DNA of 64,000 nt from Trichosphaerium sp. ATCC 40318 (lineage: Eukaryota > Protista > Tubulinea). The notes below the pieces were generated by a model. The model was not told the origin of the DNA. It made no database searches and saw nothing but the letters and a program-made list of their open reading frames with translations. Position 1 is the stretch's first letter; every line of letters begins with the position of its first letter. Shown here one piece after another: positions 12,201 to 27,146 of this stretch. The stretch spans positions 248,001 through 312,000 of the forward strand of contig JALMLS010000593.1 of the NCBI GenBank assembly GCA_038496445.1, in the 5' to 3' direction. Position numbers and translations under genes: made by a program.

Positions 12201-14139
12201 GCTAAGCCTAATGGTAAGCAATATTACTTTTTTTTTTGCAAATAGTAATTGTTTACCTAGTTTCAAAAACTGTTGTATCTGAATCTATTCCTATTCAAGC
12301 TCAAGCACCTCCATCACCAAGGTCAAATATGATTGCATCTGATTTCGCCAAGTCTCCTATGATTGATCCATTACTTGGTGTTGTAGTTGGCTACCTTGAG
12401 GTACGTGAAAGAGTTTAATAAACCAAACTTGTAGCTTACTGAATTCTCCAACTAGAATGATGACACAGATGATATCCAACTATTAGCTAGAAGTCATACC
12501 ACTACGTCACCTTTGGGGTAAACTACACGTCTAAATTTAGATGAGCTTATTGTGATACCTTTTTTTGTTTGTTTTTTAATTCAGAATGTAGGAAGAAGAA
12601 GAAAGAGCGTAAACGTGCTGTTAAAACTAAGCGACCACGTGCTCGTTCATTCCATGTTAATTACACTAGCAAACAACAACAAAAAGAAGAAGCTGAGAGA
12701 AAAAGACGTAATTTTGAAAAAAGTACAACAAACTGCTTTTTCTTTCTTTTTTTTTTTTTTTCCAATGATTGATTTGTGCTCATGTTTGTTTAGCACAAAT
12801 TAATGCGACAAAAGGGTTTTTTGGACGTCGTGCTTTTGGAGAAGAGATTAGTGCTAGTGGCACATTTGCACAAGAACTTGAAGTCATGTCACCAGTTAAA
12901 GAAAATGGTGAAAGCAACGAGCTAAGTTCATCAGAAAAACAAGAAAATGTTGTTACACCAGATATATCACCTGTTGAGAGTGTAACTGATGTGATGGATA
13001 CTGATAAAGTTGACGAAACCAAAGACTCAACAGAGATTAAACAGACACCTGTTGACAGTGTAACTGATCTGATGGATACTGATAAAGTTGAGGAAACCGA
13101 AGACTCAACAGAAATTAAACAGACCACGGAAAAGGCCTCACAGGAGACCAAGAACATCAAGCTTGTTGAAGAAACCGAAAAGGTAAATTCACCAGAAGCT
13201 GATGGTGAGGCTGTTTCAGAAGCTCCTTCTACTGTTGTTCAAGCTTCTGAAAAAGAAGAGGTTAAAGATAAAGAGCCTAAGATTGAGGTTATTGGTGATA
13301 AACCTGACGATGTCTGGGCCGCAACAAAGGCAAAGCCTGAACTGAGTAAAAGTGCACAAGTGCTCAGTATGACGAAACCACAAGCAAAAGTATGGGAAAG
13401 ACTAGAAGAGGAATTACGCGATTATGAACCTTACAAACCAGCTATCGCTGTAATGAAGAATCTACCATTTCTGACTTCTCCTGGGTACACCAAAAAAGTT
13501 ACTTTGTAATTTTCTTTTCTGTCGTTGTGTTGACACTTTTTTTAAAGGTCGAAGTTAGCTTGTTGTCTGGAGGCACTTGAGACTACTTTGAGTTGTGTAT
13601 CAACTTTTTGGAAGAAACATGGAAAGGATATTATGCTGCACGTGCTTTTTACTTTTCAAAATCACGCCACAAACGTTCATTTCTTCTTCACTCTCTAAAA
13701 TTGATATTAACTTTTTTTTGTTTGTTTTAGTGGTGCAGATGATCTTGTTCCTATTTTTGCTTGGGTTATACTAAAGGCTGGATTACCAAATATTTATTCT
13801 GAAATGAGTTTTATCGAGGCACGTGTAGTAGGCTTGAATACCATGTGATTTTTTTTTGTGTAATATTTTCACTAATGTGTTGTTAATAGGAACTTTCTCA
13901 AAAAGATGTAATGAAAGGGAAATTTGGGTATTGTTTTGCAACAATGCAGGTATAACATACAGCTTTTTTTCTTTTTTTTTTCCTCTTGGGTTTGTTGTCA
14001 CTCACGTGTTTAGATTGCTGTTGAAGTTGTAGTGGGTCTTGTACCAGAAAAGAAAAGGACGGTTAAAACCCCACGAGGAAAGAAGAGATCTACTAAGAAA
14101 ACAATTGGTAGGCTTAAGCGTTCTATCACAATGTCGTGA
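9251..14139 (+). CDS. Large protein with N-terminal CNH (Vps39/TGFBRAP1-like) beta-propeller and C-terminal VPS9 Rab5-GEF domain
   Basis: N-terminal IHCICVN..YVYLGTTNGTII, LPEVPSTLCWCKNFICVGFKEEYSLLNV (CNH-like); C-terminal GADDLVPIFAWVILKAGLPNIYSEMSFI...GKFGYCFATMQIAV (VPS9). The exon chain looks continuous but was not fully verified. Confidence 0.7.
12970..13125 (+). repeat. Two tandem 78-bp (26 aa) coding repeats in the acidic linker
   Basis: PVESVTDVMDTDKVDETKDSTEIKQT / PVDSVTDLMDTDKVEETEDSTEIKQT; units start at 12970 and 13048. Confidence 0.9.
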
Positions 14140-14375
14140 TCAAAAATAAAAATTAAATAAATATAAAAAAGTTGCTTACAACAACAATCGCCAATTGTCT
14201 TGGAGAACAAAGATTTTTACTAAACGAGCACAACATCATGTTCTAATACTTTGGGTTACTAAGCTAGGATGTAATGCGTCTGGAAGCGATATAGCCATCT
14301 CTGACCAACAAACCAAAAGTTGAAAAAAAAAAAGGTTGGATTGTTTTAACACCCAACTTTCTTTTGTGTGTTTAT

Positions 14376-15886
14376 TTACTTGTTTATGGTAAAAGTAAGT
14401 ACTACTTCCATAAACGTTTTAGAACCATTGAAGCTTTTTACTTCCATTATATACACATGTTTATCAGCAGTTGATGCATCAGCATCCTCTTGAACTTCGA
14501 GCTAAAAACAAAAATCAACAAAAACTTGAAAGGAATGTTTTTTTTTTTCATTCAAAAAAGACGTTACCTGTACACGACTGTGATTATACACAGGCTCTCT
14601 GAAAGAAGCATCAATCTTTGTTAATACATATGTGCTCTCTTTCAATGTGTGTTCCAAAATACCAATGCCTTTACCAACAAGCCACATTTCATGAACAGTT
14701 GCACCTGGTTTAGAACCAAACAACTTTGCTATGATACTGTGGGAATGTAGAGGACTATTTAATAACACGTGTTAACAAAGATATAGTGATAATAATATAT
14801 ATTAACTTTATACGTACTTGTAATCACCTGAGAGTGAGGAAAAGTTAATTGTATCTCCAACAACAAAAACTAAAAAAAACGCGTTAAAAAAACAACTTAA
14901 CCTTTTTTTTTTTGACATCATGTGTCATTTACTCACTCTCTTGGTGTACTATTGCGTTCTCGTCTCTCTCCTCTACTTCATCAAATATAGCTCCTTCATT
15001 CTTTGGGCTGCTCAGATGAGGTACAAACATCTCAACGCTTGAAGTGTATACAGTTTTACCCAATAGATTACCATCTGTTTCAACGCTTACAAGAGAACCA
15101 TTTTCTACTGGTTTTAATCTAAAAATCGTTACAAAAATACATACAAACACTACAACGGTTGTATTCGTACCCAGAGACCTTAGATTTAAACTGAAGTGGC
15201 TCTCCTGTTTCGACGATTGACGTTAAAGTAGTGTCATGAAGCTCAAGGGTAGTACGAGTGCGTCTAGAGCCTATTTTCGAAGTATTGATTAAAAACATTG
15301 CGTGACAAAAGTCGTTTCGTACGAAATGAAGGTAAAGTGAATGATTCGTGAGAAAACAAAGCAATAATGTCTTGTGCTTGATGCATTACGCCGATAGCGC
15401 CAAGTGCGAAATTGCTAGTTTTAATACTGGTGGAACACGTGTATTGTCTAATGTATGGCGCAGCTGATAATGTCAGTAAGATACAATGGTTAGTACGTAC
15501 TCAATTCTCCAGTTAGTTCTGTCTCAGGAGTTGGGAGATTTTCCTACATTCGTTATTCAGGAAGGTACGCGTAACACTTACTTTCTGGTATACGGCATCG
15601 GTGTAAGCCTTTGTTAACTTTGTGTAGGCATTTACAATCAACTTTACGTAATGCTTAACTAAACCTGCTGTGGGAACAGGAGCCACCGATTTCTACTATC
15701 TGTAAGCGAAAATGATACATTTTATTACGGAGTACGCACGAAAGTGTCCCACTTGCGCTGGTAATCAAGGTAGAATATAGCTGCTGATGGTAGCTCCTTT
15801 ACAATAAATAGTAAAATGGAGACTCCAATCGAAAAAGTAAAGAACGAAATTGCATATAGGATGAAGTAAGTTGCGACCAAAAACAT
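14376..15886 (-). CDS. MaoC-like (R)-specific enoyl-CoA hydratase / hot-dog fold protein with N-terminal hydrophobic anchor
   Basis: Spliced motif FSSLSGDYNPLHSHSIIAKLFG..ATVHEMW (hydratase D-x4-H motif) and DASFREPV; N-terminus MFLVATYFILYAISFFTFSIGVSILLFIV. Confidence 0.7.
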
Positions 15887-16039
15887 TGTTGGAGGTATTG
15901 CGCAACCGTTGGCTCTATGTTTAAGTGAGGTCAACTTTGTGATTAAGCAACACTTCCATTTAAGGTTTCTGTACTACCACGCGATAAACAATAACAACGC
16001 CAAGGTAGTTAAAAGGCGAGTTGTGTAGCGAGCAGCAAA

Positions 16040-18310
<2,271 letters not shown>

Positions 18311-18415
18311 CTCCACCATTAGTTGGTTTTTTTCTCTTTGTCTGGAGAAAAAAACAGCAGTGGTGTTGTGACTCATTCAGTGAGATTTTAACAAGTAGGA
18401 AAACATGGTTCTTGG

Positions 18416-18484
18416 TTGACAGGATGAAGGTAATGTCATAAACCAGTAATATAACGGTTGGTATTGTCTGAATGTAAATGTCAA
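18416..18484 (+). promoter_or_regulatory. SECIS element (type II-like) in the TrxR 3' UTR
   Basis: Helix I TTGACA/TGTCAA; core ATGA (18424) ... TGA; 10-bp helix II GGTAATGTCA/TGGTATTGTC; unpaired AAA then an apical mini-stem CC/GG; ~105 nt after the stop codon. Confidence 0.9.
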
Positions 18485-18718
18485 GCACATGGCTAAAAAC
18501 CAATAAAGTCATGTTAGAACGAACGAGGTTACTTTCAAAAGCACTCTAAGAATATAAACAGTTGTTGTCAGGCTTTCTTATTCTCGTTTTGGGTGCGTCT
18601 GAGTCACCTTATATTCAGTCTACGACGTTTTTTGGTTTGACAAAAGTTACAAAAAAAGGCGCTCCTCTTTTCATTGAACCAAGGTCTAACTAAGCACAAT
18701 TTCACTTGTGCACAGCGT

Positions 18719-20036
18719 ATGGACACACTTCCAACTGAATTAGTATTTGAAGTTGTTGGTTATCTTCCCACTCATTCATTGGCCGCTACAGCATCGATTT
18801 CAACATATTTCTCCGGTATTTGTAGAGATGATAGTATTTGGCGTTTTAGATTGCTCAAAGAGTATGGATGTACCCCAGATAATATAAAAGCGATGTCAGG
18901 AGGGCGTTTTGTTATCAACGATCCACGCTTTTGCTACAATAGCTGCAAATTCTTTGGTACGCTATAAGAACTTAGAAAATAGTGCTCACTCTGATAGCAA
19001 CATCAAAAAAGGAAAAAATACCTTTAGAGGCCGTTTACTCTGATGGAGGAGACCAAAGCAGCTACTATGATCTCTGTCGCATCACATATGAAAGCACACC
19101 TGCGTATTGTGCGTGTCAAACAAAACTACAAGTGGATTAATATATCTTTCACTTTTTAGGCACTAGTAAAGGTCGCAATACAAACGTGAACGTTGTTCTT
19201 AAAATAGCTTCTACAAAGGCAATGGCCTACGTTTGCAATGAGCTTATTGTGAGACTAGCACCAAAGGAGTATTCCTCTCCGCTTAACAGCTGTTTGCTGT
19301 TTGTACTTGAAGGGTACGGAGTATGGCTTTTTTTTTTAAATTATTTTGTTTTCTTGCTTGTCACAATTTTACCTGAGTAAGTGAGCTCTTAGTATTGCTA
19401 CTACCCTTCTTGTTGGAGGTAAAAAGTAGTAAGCAATACTTTAATGTTACTTGTATTACATAATACGTGTATACAAGTATGTAAGATGAAATCTTTTTGA
19501 ATTGCATCCAAAACAGCCGTTTACTTTTTTTTTTGTTTACAAGTTTGTTTTAGACCTGAAATGACCCCAAAAGAGATTGAAGAATACACACTTTCTACCA
19601 GTAAGTACAATGATATGTCAGAGGAAGAGTTTAAAAAGCTGGATAAAACCATCGAAGGTAAGGGAATGATTGATAAATCCTTACTTAAATTGGTAAAAAA
19701 ATAGGGTCTCCTGTCGCTGGATTTTTTGACATGGCAAAGGGAGCAACTCTCGACAGCGATGAAAGAGACTTTAGTACATGTATTAATAGTAAAGTAACAA
19801 CATACATTCACATCAGTACGATTTATATGTTCACACAACTAGTTCTTCATTTACCAATACTGAACACAAAAAAACTTTTGATCACTAAAGTCTTCCCAAA
19901 AAGAAGTACTTCTTTTATCAGTAGAACAAGAAGACGGGCAATAAGTCCAACTGAAACGATACAACGAACCTACCGGAACATTGTTGATTCGTATTCTTCT
20001 TCGTTTTCTACAATGCTACACGTGAACATGAATTAA
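18719..20036 (+). CDS. F-box protein
   Basis: N-terminal F-box MDTLPTELVFEVVGYLPTHSLAATASISTYFSGICRDDSIWR; downstream exons unrecognised; 3' end approximate. Confidence 0.7.
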
Positions 20037-20427
20037 TTTTTTTCAGAAATGTTGAATAAAGTTGGAAAAGGTACAACAATTGATACAAACGAAGTAGCTG
20101 CAGTAGGATGGTCATTAAATCACATCTTGAACAGTTTCTAATGGATTCTATCAAAGAACCGATAGAAGTTATTGACTCGTCACGTGACGTAAATAACACC
20201 ATGAAATCAACAACAAAAAAAATAAACCTAATCAACTATTATGCTGGTTTTTTTTACATCATTGTTGTTTGCAATCAACACGGTCTTACACTCTATGATT
20301 ACATTTTATTTTTCCATTTTTTCAGAAAACAAACAACTCTTGGACTTCATTTACAATACCATGTTTAGTTTCTACTTCGCTACTTCAGTCACGACAGTTC
20401 GAAAAAAAAAATGACTGAAGTAAGGAC

Positions 20428-21822
20428 TTAACTTTCATTTTGTTTCTGTGGTTTTTGAGAACATAGCTTATTTATACTTAACAGCAATGCCCTTTGGTTT
20501 GTTCGTTTATATTGAAGTCTAAATTTATCAAACCTCCACTCATATCCTGGATATAACCATTGCAAACACGATGGATAATACCTCGAGAGCAACTTTCCAC
20601 CAAACATATTTAATTGTGATGATGAAATACGATACCATTCATCAGGTGAGGTAACATTCAATCCAGCTTGTATATCTTCATACAAATCAGTTATATTCTC
20701 ACTCTTAAATACGTACCCTGTATCATAGATTGTACTTTACGCTTTTCAAGCCATCGGCGTCGTGAACCTGTAACGTAAAAGGTCAATCCCATTTTTTTCT
20801 TTTTTTTTGTTTGACAAACCTTGTTCCATAAAGTACGTCATGTTCCATTTATGAGACGGGTACAATAAACGTAAACACCAAGGGTAATGCACAAGCATTT
20901 TGTTTTTCCTACGTGATATCGACTTTATGGAATGATCATACCATCCATCAGGTTCAACAATACCAAGCTCAACTTCGAGTGCTACATTAAATCAAAAAAA
21001 AATCAAACTAGAACATTTAGGCTTTACCTTTCAATTCTTTTATTACTTGCTTGTTGTATTGCCTGGGAACAATGAATAAGCAACGTCACTATATGAAACA
21101 AGATGTTGCACCTCGAACTACCGTTTATGGGCGCTATCACCACGTGTCTCGCTTGAGTCGCTTTCCTACAAACTTTCAATGTTTTTGAAAAAAAATCGAG
21201 AAAATGATACCTAAGCTTGGCCACATCCCATGTAAAATGAGTATAGATTTGTGTTAGTGCAAGCGACAAGGATCCGTAGCTACATGTTAATTAGTAAATA
21301 TGTCGATCTATATTATGACTCACCGAGATGCGACAATGCCTCCTACACCTGCTTTCGTCGCCTCGACACTTGACACATTGTACCAATCACACAAAGTCTT
21401 TAGCGATAATTTCCTTCCAACCTCGTCAAATCGGTGACGTTGAGCCTCAACGCTATCCCAGTGTCTCCGTGGCATGTGTCTAGATGATTTCCATGAGTTT
21501 AGGTTCAGTACATTTGCGCGTAACTGAAATTTATCCAAAGACCAATTATGAGACGGGTAAAGGGACACAAGAGCGCGTACAAGCGAATTCCCATGCCTTT
21601 GAAGCGTTCAGCAAGAAATTAGAACAATAACCGCCCATACCTGTTTAGAAGCCCTGCACCACCGTATTTTCGAACGTTCGCTGGCTTGACGTTATACCAT
21701 TCGTCTAGTTTAGTTATTTGAAGTGCAGGCATTATACGCTCAGCCAAAAACAGCTTTTGGTTAGCTTCAGAATCCCAAGAACCATTTGCAACACGTTTGT
21801 TGCTAAGCAAGCGACGTTGCAT
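20428..21822 (-). CDS. Trp-rich ~70-aa tandem-repeat protein (4 repeats), paralogue of 48322-50071, lacking the nuclease-like domain
   Basis: Repeats of pattern W..xxQ..F....L.I..LDxWYxV......GG.GLL..Y.SL..AL..LYP.H.W...F (units 3-4 more degenerate); N-terminus MQRRLLSNKRV. Confidence 0.75.
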
Positions 21823-22336
21823 TACATTATTAGCTAAATGTACCGTCCCTGCCTTGTAACTCTATTGTGTAATAGAAAACAAACACAACAATTAAATTCA
21901 ACGACGTTAAAACATGTAAAAAGAATCTCTTTTCACTGACAAATATGTCACTGTAAAAAACGATAGCGTCCCGCCGTTAGTCTAGTTTAGTGACACTCTA
22001 TGTCCGCACTCAATGAAGATATCACGTCACGTATAACAAGGGGCCCTAGTGAGACATCAAACCTCTTAAAGTACGTACAAATTACTCATCTACAACGGAA
22101 TAATTTTATTTTTACATTGTTGCACATTTAATTAAGAGGTATACCATCGTGTGACGACTGAATGCAATATTTTAAAAAAAAATGATGCTCTAAAGAGAGA
22201 GCAAAATCATTTTTGGAGGTTGTGGTTTGTTTCCAAAGTCGGCAATCATATTGAGAACTTCTTTTTTTTTGAGGAGTCTTTTTCCCCATTATTTGCCTTC
22301 GCCACAAAAAGGCGGATCAGAAAGTTTATAGGTCCA

Positions 22337-23523
22337 TTATGTGATCCCGTTATTTAACCCCGTTTCTTCCATATATTTAATGACATCGCTACACTTGGCG
22401 AGTTTTCTTAGGTGAGGAATTAAATCTCTCAACTCAGTGTCATTCTGATCGTCAAACCAACTTTCACAAGGAATAGCATTTTCAGGTTGAAATAAATATG
22501 AATGTGGTGAGTTATCAATTATAAAAATTCTCTCTATTGCTCTACCCATTTTTGTCATATCCTAGACGCAAAAAATGAGTACAGAAGACCAAAAAAAAGT
22601 AAACAAAATCGAACATTATTACAACGTATTGTTTCAAAAAAAAAAAAAACAAAGTTGCATACCTTGACGTAGTTTCCTTTATGAGTTGAACACGATTCTC
22701 TAGTTAACCGACCAGTAATTACTTTATGTTTATCCAAAAGGTCCAACACTGGGTCAGCATACTATTTAATAAACAGTTAACAACTTATTTAATCTCCGTG
22801 AAATTTGCAATAAATTGCGATCCTCCAGATTAGGAAGGTGATACTTACCTTGGGAATACTGGCAGTAAAGATTACAACCTCAAATATCTCACCCATAGCT
22901 TGTAGGAACTCATCAACAAATGGTCTCTTCATTACGTAAACTTTATGAGTAACATTTTCAATTTCTATCGGAATTACGTAGTCCGCGCCTGTTTAATCAA
23001 AATAAGTATTTTTAGTTGCTGTTTTGTATGAAGTTGAATTTCAAACGGACCAGGAACGGCTTTAAAGGAAGAATGCACAAGTGTTTCATCAAGGTCGAGA
23101 ACGCAACAAATTTTGCCTTTTTTCTAAGGTTGTATGTTAGTGAGGAATTAGTAAAACGCCATTTTGTACGTTTGGTGGTGGGGCGGATAGAAGAGGGCCA
23201 CTTGGTCCAGTATCTTGGAGCTCTGTGGAGTCAATTGGGCTATTATCTTGTTCATATGTGCTACAATACTATTAGCAGGAGCCACTATATAAGGAGACAT
23301 TACGTGGAGTGTTTGTTAAAGCAACAACATAGGCGTTGCCAAAATGAAAGCTGTTCTTCACTGTAATAGCCTACAAAATGCGTCAGGTTGTATAATGATT
23401 AGGAAATACAAGATACGGTTGTCCAATAAATGTACGAAAGTAAGTCTTGCTGCCAAATTTGCAAACAGCTCGGGAGATGATGAAAAATACTTTTATACAA
23501 AATACGGAGCGTAAAATGGCCAT
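22337..23523 (-). CDS. CTD small phosphatase (SCP/NIF-type HAD phosphatase)
   Basis: [46 protein letters not shown]; N-terminal LCCCF. Start approximate. Confidence 0.9.
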
Positions 23524-24082
23524 TTTGCTCAAATTTTTGGCTCTAGCAACTGATGGCGCAGATCCTTTTGCAGAACTAGCTAATAGCCTAATTTCACAGC
23601 TTGGCGCTTGCCGATCGTGCAACCACGGTTTAAGGAGCGTCAAAAAAAAAAAACAAAGCCACTCCATAATCGAACAGCACTGCAGTAATTTTTGATCGCA
23701 TTTTGGGCGTAAAAAAATAGTAAAAGAGCTATGAGACTCGATCTCGTTTTACGCACTATCGTCGTAACTGCCAGTGTCTGATGAACAGTCTTCTGAGTCG
23801 CTATCACGACGCACTTGCGTTATGACTGACTGCTGCATAGCTTAGCCAAAAGCACCTTTGGAGGAAGTAGGTTTCGTGAGCCAAAGTAAACGAATACTAT
23901 TCGTATGTGTTGTGAGGGTAATTTACCAGCGCACTTGGCGCGTTTTGTGACGCTTAGAGGGTTCTGTGCAAAGTGCAAAAGAAAAACGCGACAGCGAAAA
24001 ACAGTACGGTCATGAAAAATCTGGTGGGGCTCAAAAAGTATCATAATTGCATTAGCACACTGAGGACAGACGGATCGTAACC

Positions 24083-24736
<654 letters not shown>

Positions 24737-24941
24737 ATTACCTGCGCTCTCGCGTAATTTGTTTCAAAACAAAAATGTCTTGCAATTTACTTTCTTTGTT
24801 TGAACTGTGCCAAGCCGCCGAGACAACTCAGTATAGCCACTGCTATTCTATATGTGTAGAGTATTTAGTAGATAAAAAATAGCTGAGATTGTCCATTCTG
24901 AAAGCGCCAGAATGACGAAGGACTTGCAAAAAATTGAATAT

Positions 24942-26671
24942 TTATTTTACATAGAGTTCGTCTAGTTTATCTGTAACAAGTTTGCTCAAATCTCCAGTCA
25001 TATTCTTCTGGTGGGCTTCTAATGTGCCTCCGCCAATCTCAAGGAGCTTAGCATCGCGCCACAGTCTTTCTACATTGTACTCTCCAACGTAGCCGTATCC
25101 TCCCAGAGTCTAAAATGAGTTAGATAAAAAAAAGTAATAATTTACTCTACCTGGATTGCTCTATCAGCAACGTTCTTGCCCATTGTAGAACAGAACAATT
25201 TTACTCCATCAGAATCTACACGATCGCTTTGTTTAGGTGGAGAAAACAAGTCTAGCCTTTCAGCGACTTGGTATGTGTAACAGCGACCTACAGACATCAT
25301 TAAAAGACGAATGTTGAGCAACCTTACCAGCCATATATTCGGCATAAGAGTCTGCAATGTGTCGTTGAATTTGACCATATCTGTTTAGAGGCTTGCCGAA
25401 AGATGTTCGGTCACGAGAGTACTTGTTCATTACCTTTACCGCGTTAGCACAATATACTGGTAAATCTAACTTAGTGTTACCTCTACGCTCTCACGTGCAA
25501 TACCAAGACTCATAGCAGCAAGTCCAACGCGCTCAACAGCAAGATTACGCATCATACATGCTACTGCACCACCTTCAGTACCAACAAGTCTCTATAAAGT
25601 GAATAATAAATAAAACTGTCTCATTTTGTTTTTTTGGTTTTTTTCCAATTAACGTACATCAGCAGGAATCTTAACATTGTCAAAAACAAGCTCTGCTGTT
25701 GTAGATGCACGCATGCCTAATTTATCTTTCAATTTTTGTCCAAGTGAGAAGCCTTCATCATCTGTTTCGCATAAGAAATTACGAACTCGTAACTAGGTGA
25801 TAACATGCCTTTTTCAACAAGGAACAGAGAGAAATCGCGTGGACCCTCGCCTGTTCGTGCGTATACAAGAAATACGTCTCCAGTGTTTTTACCATCAACA
25901 GAACCGTTAGTGATCCACATTTTGGTGCCATTCAAGACGTAGGAGCTGAGGGAGTGTCAGTGGAATTTAAATTTTTGTCATTAAAGCCATTAATTACCCA
26001 TCCTCGCCTTTGACAGCCTTAGTCTTCATTCCAAGCACGTCAGTGCCAACTGCTGGTTCGCTCATACACATACCCCCAATGTATTCTCCAGTGCACGCTT
26101 TTGGTAGGTATCTACAACACGCGTGAGTGTAATTTAGGAGAGGTGTAGTACTTTTTTTTCTGTTCTTCGTTTCCATTAACAGCGAGGTTATGGACAAATA
26201 GCAAGGAATGTGCTAAATACGCCAAACAAAACCCTGGATCTGCTGCCTATACTATATTTGAGCGATTGTATGAGGGAATGTAGAATTTACCGATAATTCT
26301 TCATGAACAAGTGCTACCGCTGACGCGTCCATTGCAGAGCCACCATACTCTTCTTGTGCCTTTGTTAATGTCAGTTGAGTTATTAATTATGAAGATCATA
26401 CAGTAAGGCCTAAAAGCTCCAATTTGCCTAGTTCGCGAAACAAATCCACGTTGAACGTCTCTGTTTTGTCATTTTCTAGGGCTTGTGGCCGGACTTTATC
26501 ATCTACGAACGATCGTACGGTCTCACGAAGCTGTTCATGGTCGGTGGTAGGGTTAAATACGTCTTTTGTGACTCTTGTAACGCTAAAGGCTCTGGTGTAC
26601 TTGGTACAGCGCGTGCGCTTGCTTTGTGTGCGTGACGACGCGTAAAAACTTCTACAACCAGCTCTCAACAT
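24942..26671 (-). CDS. IVD: Isovaleryl-CoA dehydrogenase-like acyl-CoA dehydrogenase
   Basis: [70 protein letters not shown]; mitochondrial-type presequence. Confidence 0.85.
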
Positions 26672-27146
26672 CAATTGTTTTAATTGTTTGAAAAATGGCC
26701 CTGCAGAAAACACAACAAAATTCGCTGCTTGAATGCGTAAATTTCAAAATAACCCTTTTGAGAGTCTCAATACACTGTTCAGTTGATCTCTGAGATACTC
26801 ACAACGCGTCACAACAGCGTTTGAGGCGTTAAATTGCTCTAGAAATAATTGGTAGTCTGTTTTGCGTTTTACAATTCGGTTGGTATTAATAACGTTGTAT
26901 TCTATGCAGTCGGTTATGTAGCTTTTATTTTTATCACAGAACTGTGATGATTTTATGATCACAACTGACGGAGCATGTTCACGCAAACAAAAATTTATGA
27001 CGTTTGCACGTCTATAGCTACACAAATACTACCCATTCGCGATACGTGAACAGCAGTTGATACACATATTTGTGACACGTTACAATCTTTGTGTTTTTTA
27101 TTTCTTTTCACCAAGCGCTAAACCGATCAAGCAACGCGTCTACATA

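Noticed and set aside
12780-13160. Antisense ORFs overlapping real exons (also 24347-24733, 40523-40957, 61572-61863)
   Set aside because: Shadow frames of coding exons with no independent motifs.
20040-20420. Separate gene from ORFs 20108-20368 (+) and 20008-20235 (-)
   Set aside because: No recognisable motif; more likely UTR or an unresolved last exon of the F-box gene.
23778-23830. Hammerhead ribozyme or C/D snoRNA (CTGATGA ... CTGA)
   Set aside because: No GAAA core or stems for a hammerhead; guide regions too short and no terminal stem.
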